Source: Candidatus Omnitrophota bacterium (GTDB taxonomy: Bacteria > Omnitrophota > Gorgyraeia > Zapsychrales > Fredricksoniimonadaceae). Taken from it: DNA of 64,000 nucleotides. The position numbers were made by a program, and so were the translations under genes. Location of the stretch: contig JADFXX010000001.1 in assembly GCA_015233335.1 (NCBI GenBank), positions 6,302 through 70,301 of the forward strand, read 5' to 3'. Within the stretch, counting starts at the first letter, position 1. Every line of letters begins with the position of its first letter. Below the pieces are notes generated by a model, which worked only from the letters and a program-made list of their open reading frames with translations, ran no database searches and had not been told where the DNA came from. This document shows, piece by piece, positions 55,112 to 63,417 of the stretch.

Positions 55112-55152
55112 GCAAGAGAAGGCGAAATTCCATCGTTAAATCCCTCTCTTGC
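55112..55152 (-). promoter_or_regulatory. Leader hairpin 13 nt upstream of the PAS-kinase start codon
   Basis: GCAAGAGAAGG (55112-55122) pairs with CCCTCTCTTGC (55142-55152), giving 11 bp with one mismatch and a 19-nt loop. No SD is visible before the ATG. Confidence 0.3.
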
Positions 55153-55185
55153 AAAGATACAATACTTTAATCTTTTTGTCGTCGA

Positions 55186-55207
55186 TAATCAATAGATTTA
55201 TTGATTA
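55186..55207. promoter_or_regulatory. Perfect 9+9 palindrome TAATCAATA-GATT-TATTGATTA, a candidate operator
   Basis: Read directly from the sequence. It lies in the 169-nt gap between the hemerythrin gene and the PAS-kinase gene. Confidence 0.35.
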
Positions 55208-55268
55208 CGCTTTCTATCCGATTCTATTAAAGGCCCCTCAAAACGTAATTCGGGTGTAGCCTTCGCTC

Positions 55269-55676
55269 TTATTTTATTCCATGTTTATTAAAACAGCTTG
55301 TATATTCTTTATCCATCACGGCAATATGGGCCTTAAGCCAGTTCCAAATGAATTCTAATAATTCCATATCCATAACAGCTTCACCCTTATTGTGCTTTTG
55401 AACGAAGCCCAATATCTTAATTTTAAAATCCTTATGTTTCCTGCGATGATTTTCGTATCCGGGAAAATTAAACATTTCCATATACTTCTCTTCAGTGTCA
55501 AAGTGATAAACAGTGTAATCAGCTAATTGTTTGAGGACATCTCCCATAACCCTTTCATCCCCATAATCCATGACTGTAGAAATCAGTTCATTAATAATGC
55601 TAATCAGTTTTTTATGCTGGTCATCTATCTCAACTAACCCGACACTATAATCATCTTTCCATATAATTATTTCCAT
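55269..55676 (-). CDS. Hemerythrin-like metal-binding protein (bacteriohemerythrin)
   Basis: WKDDYSVGLVEIDDQHKKLI.., YHFDTEEKYM, HRRKHKDF and WLKAHIAVMDKEY carry the His/Glu/Asp iron ligands in the usual spacing. Confidence 0.9.
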   Translation of the reverse strand: MEIIIWKDDYSVGLVEIDDQHKKLISIINELISTVMDYGDERVMGDVLKQLADYTVYHFDTEEKYMEMFNFPGYENHRRKHKDFKIKILGFVQKHNKGEAVMDMELLEFIWNWLKAHIAVMDKEYTSCFNKHGIK

Positions 55677-55721
55677 ACGCCCCCCTTTTTACAAATTAAA
55701 ACTAAAAATACTCCTTTAAGC

Positions 55722-58700
55722 TCATTTTTTAGACAACACGCCTAATTGGGCCAGCACAGCCGGTAATTCATCGCCCGTAAGGCCGCGCACATCACGTACC
55801 GCTGCTGCCGGATTCTTGGAGGCCCCTGCAAGCGCGTCCAATAACTCTTTAAGATAGAGTGCCGCATCTGAACCCGGTTTAGCCTGACTCAATTTTTCTT
55901 GAACAATTTTAACTCCTTGCTGGCAACGCACAACCAGCCCGTCAAAGGCTTGATCACTGCCATTAACCGCCCCAGCTTCGGCTTTTGCAGCACTCTGGCG
56001 GTCACTGGTCAACTCATGCGCCAGATCGCCGGCAGCTGCATCATTATGCCCCATGGAAGCACCGGCAATCAATTCCGGCGGTTTTAATCCGCTGGCCATG
56101 ACCTTACCTAAGCCCGGCGAAGCCTGAGCGATAGTACTCAAAGCCGCATCATTGCCCGCCTTATAAGCCATCAGTTGCGAGCGAATTTTATTAGCATTCG
56201 CTGAAGCGTCCTGGGGTGAAGGTGCTATTTTACCGGCATTGTTCTCAGAAGTTGCTTTTGCAGTCTCATAGGCCTGTCCCATCAAGGACTGGACCTTATC
56301 CAAAAATACCTGGGTCTTCTTTTCTTTTGTCGCCGCATCATCACCGAGTTCAAAAACACCGGCCTGTTCAGGAGTTTTATGGGCCTTCAAACCCTCAACC
56401 TGCGCCTTCAATTGAGGATCAGCGATGGTGATCTTAGCAGCCTCGGCCGCTTTGACAGCGCTCTTGCCTATGGTGTGCAGATCCTTGGGATGCCCATTAC
56501 CAAGCCCGGCTCCGGCGGCTTTGCCGGCATTAGCTAATACAGCCCCTAAAGGATCGTCGGTTGTATGGTTCGATGAAGATGTCCACTCAACGCCGCCTTT
56601 GGTGCCAAACTTATCGCTATGCGGCAATGTGCCAAAAATAACCTCCGCATCAAAGGAACTGCTACCCGGTTTGTCCTGACCAAAACCCGGCTTCCAGACA
56701 GTAGAATCCGTCGTATTATCGACCCATCGGTCACCGTATTCATCAATACTGTGACCCCGCTCCTTCATGGCCTCAACGTAAGCTTTCCCTTTCTGATACG
56801 ATTCATGAGAGGTAACTCCTTGAGGCGTAAAATCCATGTCGCTGGCCGCTGTTTCAGGATTACTTCCAGTAGGTTTAATATCCCTGTTATCAATGCCTTT
56901 TTCTTTCATCTCAGGGGTAGGCTCTGTCGCCTCAAACCCAAGCTCTTTCATCACCTCCAAATGTTCCTGAAGGCGTTTTTCATCCTTCTTATATTTTTCT
57001 GTGATCTCACTCAGGTCCTTATTGTACTGTTCCTTAGCGCTCTGGGAATCTTCGCCTTTATGAATTGCCTCCTCGGCTTTTTGTTTAGCCGCTTCCATCT
57101 GGGCGCTCATTTTCTGACGCTGTTCCTGAATAGCATATTTTTTGTTAACAGCGTCCTTGGCCTCCGGCGTCTGGGCATTATTAAGTTCTGCCTGATAACG
57201 CTCTTCAGGGGTCTTAAAGTCATACTCCTTGATCCTTCCTTCCCCCGCACGTGCGACATTTTCCGGCGCCCTGTTCACGTTTGCTTCTTGATGTGCCGCA
57301 GCTAACTCAGCCTTGGCGTTTTCAAGACCATGCGTCAAAGCTCCCATAACAACATTAGTACCTATAGATTTAAGAGCTCCGCTGACAGCGCCCCATGCGC
57401 CGCCCGGCTTGCCTGTATCCGGATCTATTTTTGTAGCCCCTTCATATGCCGACATCACAGCGTCGGCTTCTGTGCTGACGCCGCGTATCACAGCCATAGT
57501 TGCACCTTTAACCCCATCCTCAACATATCCGCCGACGCCTGAATACCCTAAGGCCAATGATCCCATGGTAGACGGTGACCACAATGTCGCTAAGGTTACA
57601 GCAGTGCCCGCAGAAGATTCAACATCCTCTGCCGCTTCAATACGGCGGTCCCACATTTTGACCTTTTCATCTTCTGAAGCCATTTGCTGCTGACCCTGAT
57701 TGACCACGGTATCTTTTAATTCACTGTAAATAGACGATAATTTTTGCAATCTATCCGGTGAATTGATCGCCTCCGATATGCGCTGCTGCAATCCCTGGCG
57801 AAGATCGCCCCCCTGAGCTCCTGAAACCATATCCGCAACCTGTGGGATACTGGCCAGGAGTTTGTCCTCGCTCGCGACCATAGCAACTTCAGCCTTAGCA
57901 CTATTGATCAGCGCCTCATGCTGAGTCTGGTCCCATTCTGTAGGAGTATGGACAATGGTCCCCGTACGCAAACTTTTAGCGATGTCTCGCTCCGATTGGG
58001 CATTGGCAGAGATCTCCTGGGCCCTTTTAAGTAATTCATTCTTACGGCTGGGGTCTGTTTCTTTATCAGCGTCCGCAGCCCAGCGGTCAGCATTCATTTG
58101 AATTTGTTTGGCCATAGCCATATGTTCGGCGACCGACTCATCAATGACCTTAGGGTCATTTGCCGGATCAACCGGCGCAGGCTTACTGCTGCTATTTTTT
58201 TTGGATGTTTCAACTCCGGGGGCCATGACCACTTTTTCTTTTGGCTCGGAAGAGTCACTGCCATCAGCAGGTTTTAACTGGGCTGCCGCTGCGATTTTAT
58301 TGGCGATCTCCACCCAATCACAAGCCTCTTCTACTCTCAAAAAATTACTAAACTCAACCACCAGCGCTCCATCCGGAAACGTTTTTCCCGTCAAGTCTAG
58401 GGAACGGACATTCGCATATACAAGACGGATGCGTTCGGTGTCGTCAACAGGTTTTTGCTGATAGAGCACTAAAGCAGGATTATCGTAATCAAATTTCTTG
58501 ATAAATTCTTTGACTTCCTGATTGGCCGCGCCCGGATAAAAACATTTATGACTCGTAGACACTCCATGAAAATTAATAATGGTCATCCCATCTTTAGAAA
58601 GTTCGCCACTCGCTTCAAAAAGATGCTGGTCCGGCCAAACGGCATGCCCCGCTCCATTTATATAAGAAGAGTTACAAACATTATCAAAATGAGGTGTCTT

Positions 58701-60197
58701 AGAACTATAAGTAAATGTAGTATCTTTCCAATGTAATTCGGATTCAGGGACATTATTATCACCTATCGCAACCACATCTCCGCCAACGGTAGACTGGCCT
58801 GTTTTGATGCCGGCATATTTGATCTTATTTAGCAATCCCCAGATACCCTCATCGCCTTGAAGAGCCTTCTGATGACGTGTATGAGCCGCACACCTAGCTG
58901 CCAGAGGATTAGGGGGATTGCCTAAAGAATGGATACGCCCTGCCAATTCATCGATCAAAGCGCGTGCCGATTTTACTTTTTTATACTTGGCCTCGGCGAT
59001 GATTGCAGATGCGCTGGACGGGTCTGCAGATACGATCACATCTTGCATAGCCGCCCCCAATCCGGGCACCTCTTTGTCCAATTCATTGACAGCTACCAGC
59101 ATTTGGTCGAGCAAAGGAACAATCTGCTGAAAATAATCCAAGGCCGCTTTATTAGGAAAATCAAAAAACGGGGCCCAAAATGAATTAAAAGTGTTTTCTC
59201 CGTCTTTAGACATCCGTCCATAAAACATTCTCAAATCCTGCATGGTGTGCCGCAGCAGAGCTTCATACTGACCAAGATTCGCAACGCTTAAGGGGCCATT
59301 GGCCGACGAAGCGCCCTTTTCCCATGGGGTTCCCGCGACTGACAGATCTGCCTCTTTACACGCGTCACTGCTGGCATATCCACTAAACGGATTTAATACC
59401 TGTTTAGGAAGGGATAGACCTCCCAGCAGAGCCACTTGCTTTTGAGCGGCTTTATTCCCTGGATTGATGCTGGTCATTTTTTGAAAATCATCCATAGCCT
59501 CCTTAGTCTGCCCCTTAGCTTTAAAAGCTAACCCCCGTCTTAAATAGACATCTGCCCCTTTCTGATTGGGATACAAACCTAGGCACTGGTTATAATCCTT
59601 AATCGCTGCATCATACTCCCCTTTCCCATAATAAGCGTCCGCGCGAACAGCATACGCAGAATAATATTTCTGTTTAATTTCCAGCGCATGATTGGAATCA
59701 TCAATAGCCAAATCATACTTTTTTGCCTTTTGATAGCCCCAAGCCCTGTCCACATACGCTTGAGCGTCATGGGGAGCCAGTTTTAATGCCATATTTTGAT
59801 CGGCAATATCATTGTCATATAACCCTATAAATCCTTCAGCATTCCCACGGTTCTTATAGGCTGACACATAATCCGGTTTTAGTTTTATGGCCATATCAAA
59901 ATCTTCAATGGCTTTTTTGCACAATTTCTTTTTCTTTTGATCGTACAGTGCCACCCCTCTCACGTTGTATGCTCTGGCATAATCCGGTTTGACCCGGATA
60001 GCTTCGGTGACGTAAGCCACGGCCTCATCATATTTCATTTCTTTAATGGCGGCTAAACCCTTATTTAAAAGATCGCGTGCAGGGCCGGTGACATCATCAT
60101 GGGCAAGCCCAAGGGGTTGAAAGAATAAAAGCAGCCCACAACAAATAGTAGCGGCAATAATTCTTGAATATTTATTTGGATTTCTTACCATACGCAT
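55722..60197 (-). CDS. Large secreted or anchored protein (1491 aa): N-terminal TPR array followed by ~1200 aa of unknown function
   Basis: Signal/anchor segment IIAATICCGLLLFFQPLGLA. About six TPR units (aa ~40-250; ARAYNVRGVALY.., VSAYKNRGNAE.., AQAYVDRAWGY..). The remainder is Ala/Lys/Glu/Gln-rich with no motif I recognise. Confidence 0.7.
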   Translation of the reverse strand: MRMVRNPNKYSRIIAATICCGLLLFFQPLGLAHDDVTGPARDLLNKGLAAIKEMKYDEAVAYVTEAIRVKPDYARAYNVRGVALYDQKKKKLCKKAIEDFDMAIKLKPDYVSAYKNRGNAEGFIGLYDNDIADQNMALKLAPHDAQAYVDRAWGYQKAKKYDLAIDDSNHALEIKQKYYSAYAVRADAYYGKGEYDAAIKDYNQCLGLYPNQKGADVYLRRGLAFKAKGQTKEAMDDFQKMTSINPGNKAAQKQVALLGGLSLPKQVLNPFSGYASSDACKEADLSVAGTPWEKGASSANGPLSVANLGQYEALLRHTMQDLRMFYGRMSKDGENTFNSFWAPFFDFPNKAALDYFQQIVPLLDQMLVAVNELDKEVPGLGAAMQDVIVSADPSSASAIIAEAKYKKVKSARALIDELAGRIHSLGNPPNPLAARCAAHTRHQKALQGDEGIWGLLNKIKYAGIKTGQSTVGGDVVAIGDNNVPESELHWKDTTFTYSSKTPHFDNVCNSSYINGAGHAVWPDQHLFEASGELSKDGMTIINFHGVSTSHKCFYPGAANQEVKEFIKKFDYDNPALVLYQQKPVDDTERIRLVYANVRSLDLTGKTFPDGALVVEFSNFLRVEEACDWVEIANKIAAAAQLKPADGSDSSEPKEKVVMAPGVETSKKNSSSKPAPVDPANDPKVIDESVAEHMAMAKQIQMNADRWAADADKETDPSRKNELLKRAQEISANAQSERDIAKSLRTGTIVHTPTEWDQTQHEALINSAKAEVAMVASEDKLLASIPQVADMVSGAQGGDLRQGLQQRISEAINSPDRLQKLSSIYSELKDTVVNQGQQQMASEDEKVKMWDRRIEAAEDVESSAGTAVTLATLWSPSTMGSLALGYSGVGGYVEDGVKGATMAVIRGVSTEADAVMSAYEGATKIDPDTGKPGGAWGAVSGALKSIGTNVVMGALTHGLENAKAELAAAHQEANVNRAPENVARAGEGRIKEYDFKTPEERYQAELNNAQTPEAKDAVNKKYAIQEQRQKMSAQMEAAKQKAEEAIHKGEDSQSAKEQYNKDLSEITEKYKKDEKRLQEHLEVMKELGFEATEPTPEMKEKGIDNRDIKPTGSNPETAASDMDFTPQGVTSHESYQKGKAYVEAMKERGHSIDEYGDRWVDNTTDSTVWKPGFGQDKPGSSSFDAEVIFGTLPHSDKFGTKGGVEWTSSSNHTTDDPLGAVLANAGKAAGAGLGNGHPKDLHTIGKSAVKAAEAAKITIADPQLKAQVEGLKAHKTPEQAGVFELGDDAATKEKKTQVFLDKVQSLMGQAYETAKATSENNAGKIAPSPQDASANANKIRSQLMAYKAGNDAALSTIAQASPGLGKVMASGLKPPELIAGASMGHNDAAAGDLAHELTSDRQSAAKAEAGAVNGSDQAFDGLVVRCQQGVKIVQEKLSQAKPGSDAALYLKELLDALAGASKNPAAAVRDVRGLTGDELPAVLAQLGVLSKK

Positions 60198-60245
60198 ACT
60201 TCGGGGAATTTAAATCTGGGTTATGATGTGGCGTTATTTAAAAAA

Positions 60246-60330
60246 CGGAGAGGGTGAGATTCGAACTCACGGCCCCTTGCGAGGCAACGGTTTTCAAGAC
60301 CGCCGCATTCGGCCACTCTGCCACCTCTCC
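60246..60330 (-). tRNA. tRNA-Ser (anticodon UGA), long variable arm. CCA is not encoded.
   Basis: GGAGAGG/CCTCTCC acceptor stem, anticodon loop CT-TGA-AA, variable arm TTGCCTCGCAAGGGGC, canonical T-arm GTGAG-TTCGAAT-CTCAC, discriminator G. Confidence 0.93.
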
Positions 60331-60447
60331 TACCAAAACATGACTATCTCAAATAAATCCAGAAAAGGTGAGGTGTTGTCCCTGCGCTTGTTTTCGAAGA
60401 AAACTGCAGGGGCCACCTCTCCTATCAAAGCATGACTATCTCAAATA
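60320..60447. repeat. Pair of 36-nt direct repeats (2 mismatches) duplicating the first 11 nt of tRNA-Ser plus 25 nt of its upstream leader
   Basis: 60320-60355 is GCCACCTCTCCTACCAAAACATGACTATCTCAAATA and 60412-60447 is GCCACCTCTCCTATCAAAGCATGACTATCTCAAATA. Confidence 0.85.
60361..60422 (-). terminator. Long three-tier hairpin with a U-tract, terminator of the 198-aa membrane protein gene
   Basis: On the minus strand: GGAGAGGTG..CCCTGC.GTTTTC-TTC-GAAAAC..GCAGGG..CACCTCACC-TTTTCT. The tiers are 9 bp with one A-A mismatch, 6 bp and 6 bp. The outer 5' arm is the duplicated tRNA-Ser acceptor sequence. Confidence 0.6.
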
Positions 60448-60461
60448 CCTCTCCTGCCGAA

Positions 60462-61058
60462 TCAAACAGAAGAATCCACAAAAAGGGCTTTCCAAATCGA
60501 TTTATAAAAATGGCCGGTTTGCGCGCAAATGGCTTTAATAAAACCCACCAGCGAGTATTCCCCAACAGCCCAAGCCAAAAGCAGGGATATAAAAAACAAG
60601 CTCACAATAAGGACAACTCCAAAGGTGCACAGATAATGAGCCTTTAAAAAACTGTTGTCGGCCGTATAGATTTCACGCGCTGTTTGGACAACATGCATAG
60701 CCAGCCCAAAAGCAATAGCAAATAAAAAAACGGGTTGCAGCGAAACATGTCCGAGTGCTAGAAGAATTTGATAAACTATAATCAATACAACGGAATAAAC
60801 AGGTATTAAAAAACCTGCGGGTTTGAAAAAGGTAAAAAGGTTTTCAATCTGAGTTTTACCAAAAGCATAGACATCTTTAAAATCATAGACAAAAAGATTT
60901 AGCCCCACATAAATCCCAGCGCCCCATAGCAGACATCCCTCCTTGGCCGCCGGAAGCAGCAGGATTTGATGCCAAAAAGCCAAAACTGAAACGAAGATCA
61001 AAGGCAAGGCCGCCAAAAACCCAAAAATTTTTAAAATGCTTGCCACAAAATCTTTCAC
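60462..61058 (-). CDS. Polytopic membrane protein (198 aa) of unknown function
   Basis: Five or six hydrophobic segments. Lies 18 nt downstream of serS on the same strand. Confidence 0.5.
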   Translation of the reverse strand: MKDFVASILKIFGFLAALPLIFVSVLAFWHQILLLPAAKEGCLLWGAGIYVGLNLFVYDFKDVYAFGKTQIENLFTFFKPAGFLIPVYSVVLIIVYQILLALGHVSLQPVFLFAIAFGLAMHVVQTAREIYTADNSFLKAHYLCTFGVVLIVSLFFISLLLAWAVGEYSLVGFIKAICAQTGHFYKSIWKALFVDSSV

Positions 61059-61076
61059 AGCAGCTCTCAGTCTCTG

Positions 61077-62351
61077 TTAACGGTGTGTAATTCGCTCTTG
61101 GCCCCCCATCAAGGGACGCAGAGCTTCGGGGACCAACACATCCCCATCAGGTGTCTGATAATTCTCAAGAATGGCGATCATTGTGCGCGGCAGGGCAACC
61201 CCTGAACCGTTTAAGGTATGCACAAACCCTTTCTTCTTGCCGTCTTTCCCTTTGTAGGAAATATTCCCTCGCCGGGCCTGGAAATCTTCAAAATTCGAAC
61301 AGGAAGACGCTTCCAGCCATTTATCCAAACCGGCAGCATAGACTTCGATATCGTAACATTTAGCCGCGGCAAAACTCAAGTCCCCGCTGGCAAGCATCAA
61401 AACCCGATAAGGAATTTTCAATAATTCAAAAATACGGCAAGCATTCCCCAAGAGGGACTCTAATTCCTGATAGGAATTAGACGGATCGACAAATTTGACC
61501 AGCTCCACCTTATCAAACTGATGGATACGCACAAGGCCTCTGGTATCTTTGCCGTAAGACCCCGCTTCCCGTCGAAAACAAGTCGTATACGCCGTATAAT
61601 ACAACGGCAGTTCCTCTTCATTGAGCATTTCATCACGATGGATATTGGTCACAGGAACTTCGGCCGTGGGGATCAGGTAAAGGTCATCCGCCTGCAGATG
61701 GTACATGTCCTCTTTCATTTTAGGCAGCTGGCCGGTAGCGGTCATGGAAGCGGCATTGACAACAACAGGAGGCGACATCTCAACGTAGCCATGCTGGGTA
61801 GTATGCACCTCCAGCATAAAATTGTATAAAGCACGCTCCAGCCGGGCGCCCTGACCTTTGTAGAGGATAAAATTCGAACCGCTCAACTTGGTCCCCCGCT
61901 TAAAATCGATAATATCCAGATCTTCAGCAATTTCAATATGGGTTTTAGGTTTAAACGCAAAGGCGGGGGCTTCTCCCCAGCTGGCTATGACCTGATTGGC
62001 TTCAACACCGCCTCGAGGCACGGAATCGTGCGGGATATTGGGGATAGCCAAGAGGATGTTTTGGATCTGCTCATCCATGAGCTTGACCTGCGGCTCCAAA
62101 GCGTCAATCTCTGCGGCGATCCCTTTCATCGAGGCAATGGTGGACTTGGGGTCTTGTTTGTCCTTGATTAAACGGCTGATATCATTATTAGCGGCATTCT
62201 TTTTAGCTTTGAGTTCATCGATCTTGACGATCAACTGACGACGGCGCAAGTCCAGCTGCAGGAGCCCGTCTAAATCGACGGAAACGCGTTTGGCCGCTAA
62301 TCCATCCTTAACCTTTTGAGGATTTTCTCGAATAAATTTAAGATCCAGCAT
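61077..62351 (-). CDS. serS: Seryl-tRNA synthetase
   Basis: MLDLKFIRENP.. coiled-coil arm and class II motifs (..FRREAGS.., ..RIHQFDKVE.., ..GSGVALPRT..), 424 aa. Confidence 0.95.
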   Translation of the reverse strand: MLDLKFIRENPQKVKDGLAAKRVSVDLDGLLQLDLRRRQLIVKIDELKAKKNAANNDISRLIKDKQDPKSTIASMKGIAAEIDALEPQVKLMDEQIQNILLAIPNIPHDSVPRGGVEANQVIASWGEAPAFAFKPKTHIEIAEDLDIIDFKRGTKLSGSNFILYKGQGARLERALYNFMLEVHTTQHGYVEMSPPVVVNAASMTATGQLPKMKEDMYHLQADDLYLIPTAEVPVTNIHRDEMLNEEELPLYYTAYTTCFRREAGSYGKDTRGLVRIHQFDKVELVKFVDPSNSYQELESLLGNACRIFELLKIPYRVLMLASGDLSFAAAKCYDIEVYAAGLDKWLEASSCSNFEDFQARRGNISYKGKDGKKKGFVHTLNGSGVALPRTMIAILENYQTPDGDVLVPEALRPLMGGQERITHR

Positions 62352-62766
62352 ATGGCCTGTCTTTAAGGATCACATCAATTTGTTTTAAGAGTAATTTGAC
62401 CGAAATCGGCTTAGCTAAATAATTCTCACCTTGTTCATAACAATTAATGACCTGGTCCGGGGCCGTCATACCGGTCAGATATAAAACCGGGATATTCTCG
62501 GTCTCATTATGCGCCTTTAAAAGCTTACATAATTCAGGCCCTTTGATATCCGGTAAATTATAATCAAGGATGATCAAATCAGGCTTCACTTCTTTAGCCA
62601 TCTTAAGACCGCTTTGACCGTCATTGGCTTTGAAGGAAACATACCCGCCGCGCTCAACCGCCGCGCAGATCAGGCGTTGATCAACTTCAGTATCTTCAAT
62701 GACAAGGATCCTGATATTTTTACTGGCTCTTTTAGGCTTCAAGAAAGAAAAAATATTTTTGTCCAT
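62338..62766 (-). CDS. Single-domain response regulator
   Basis: ILVIEDTEVDQ..IILDYNLPDIKG..VLYLTG..LAKP. The start is trimmed to MDKNI (62766). It overlaps the serS start by 14 nt. Confidence 0.8.
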   Translation of the reverse strand: MDKNIFSFLKPKRASKNIRILVIEDTEVDQRLICAAVERGGYVSFKANDGQSGLKMAKEVKPDLIILDYNLPDIKGPELCKLLKAHNETENIPVLYLTGMTAPDQVINCYEQGENYLAKPISVKLLLKQIDVILKDRPYAGS

Positions 62767-62831
62767 CTTGGGGTATATCGTAACGCAGGGATACCGAGGT
62801 GTCAAATCAAAAGGGTGATAAATCAAATATA

Positions 62832-62945
62832 TTATTCGAAGTGCCCGGCGATATTTTAGGCGACGTTTGTACGGCAGCCCCCGTGGCCTATCAGCTTCCG
62901 GAGCCTTTAGGCCTCTGCCCTACAAACACGTGGGCACCCGAATAA
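62832..62945. ncRNA. 114-nt nested four-tier stem-loop element between spoVG and the REC gene (unclassified structured RNA or REP-like element)
   Basis: Stem 1 is 62832-62846 with 62932-62945. Stem 2 is 62865-62877 with 62915-62927 (13 bp, 1 mismatch). Stem 3 is 62885-62890 with 62908-62913. The apical stem is GCT-TCCGG-AGC. The transcribed strand is unknown. Confidence 0.45.
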
Positions 62946-62956
62946 CATATAAAATA

Positions 62957-63223
62957 CTATTGTGCCCCATAGGCCTTAAGGACTTTATCAGCGATCAACA
63001 AACGGATGTTTTGGTTTAAACAGCGCACTCGTTCATACCAACGCTCGTTCTTACCCTGTTCAGTGGGCATGGAAACAAATAATCCTTTTTTGCCCTGAAC
63101 GACCCTTAACCCCTTGATCAAAAGCGCATCATTGATCCCAAGGTCCACAAACGCTTTGACAGGGCTATCTTGTGCTAGACGGTGAATCTTGACTATTTTA
63201 ACATCAAGCATTTCTTGAGACAT
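62957..63223 (-). CDS. spoVG: SpoVG-family protein
   Basis: LDVKIVKIHRL..VKAFVDLGINDALLIKGLRVVQGKKGLFVSMP.., 88 aa. Confidence 0.9.
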   Translation of the reverse strand: MSQEMLDVKIVKIHRLAQDSPVKAFVDLGINDALLIKGLRVVQGKKGLFVSMPTEQGKNERWYERVRCLNQNIRLLIADKVLKAYGAQ

Positions 63224-63417
63224 CAGTCACCTCCGTTTATACAAAAATTCTCAAATAAACGATGCCCCAAGCATAAACTAATATTGATTATTTGTCAATA
63301 TATATTTTGATGAAAGATAAAATATATTTGACCCTGCGAAATTAGCTTGTAAATTCATCAATAAATGTTAAGCTTTAACTATACATTATCACCCTAATAA
63401 CCAAAGGAACCCCCTCT

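Noticed and set aside
52241-57305. Long antisense ORFs: 52241-52753 (170 aa), 54359-54817 (152 aa), 56619-57305 (228 aa) and 57313-57693 (126 aa).
   Set aside because: Each is embedded in the opposite strand of a well-supported gene (the membrane protein/REC, the PAS kinase, or the 1491-aa protein). None has an RBS or a recognisable motif.
60320-60447. The direct repeats near tRNA-Ser read as a mini-CRISPR array or as attL/attR of an integrated element.
   Set aside because: There are only two copies, 92 nt apart. They include the 5' end of the tRNA rather than the 3' end. No cas, integrase, recombinase or phage-like gene lies in the flanks.
62832-62945. The nested stem-loop read as a c-di-GMP, c-di-AMP (ydaO), ZTP, fluoride or guanidine riboswitch.
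   Set aside because: Short similarities, such as AAAGGCUCCGG against part of the GEMM-I consensus, did not extend to the conserved cores of any class I could recall. This cannot be decided without a covariance-model search.
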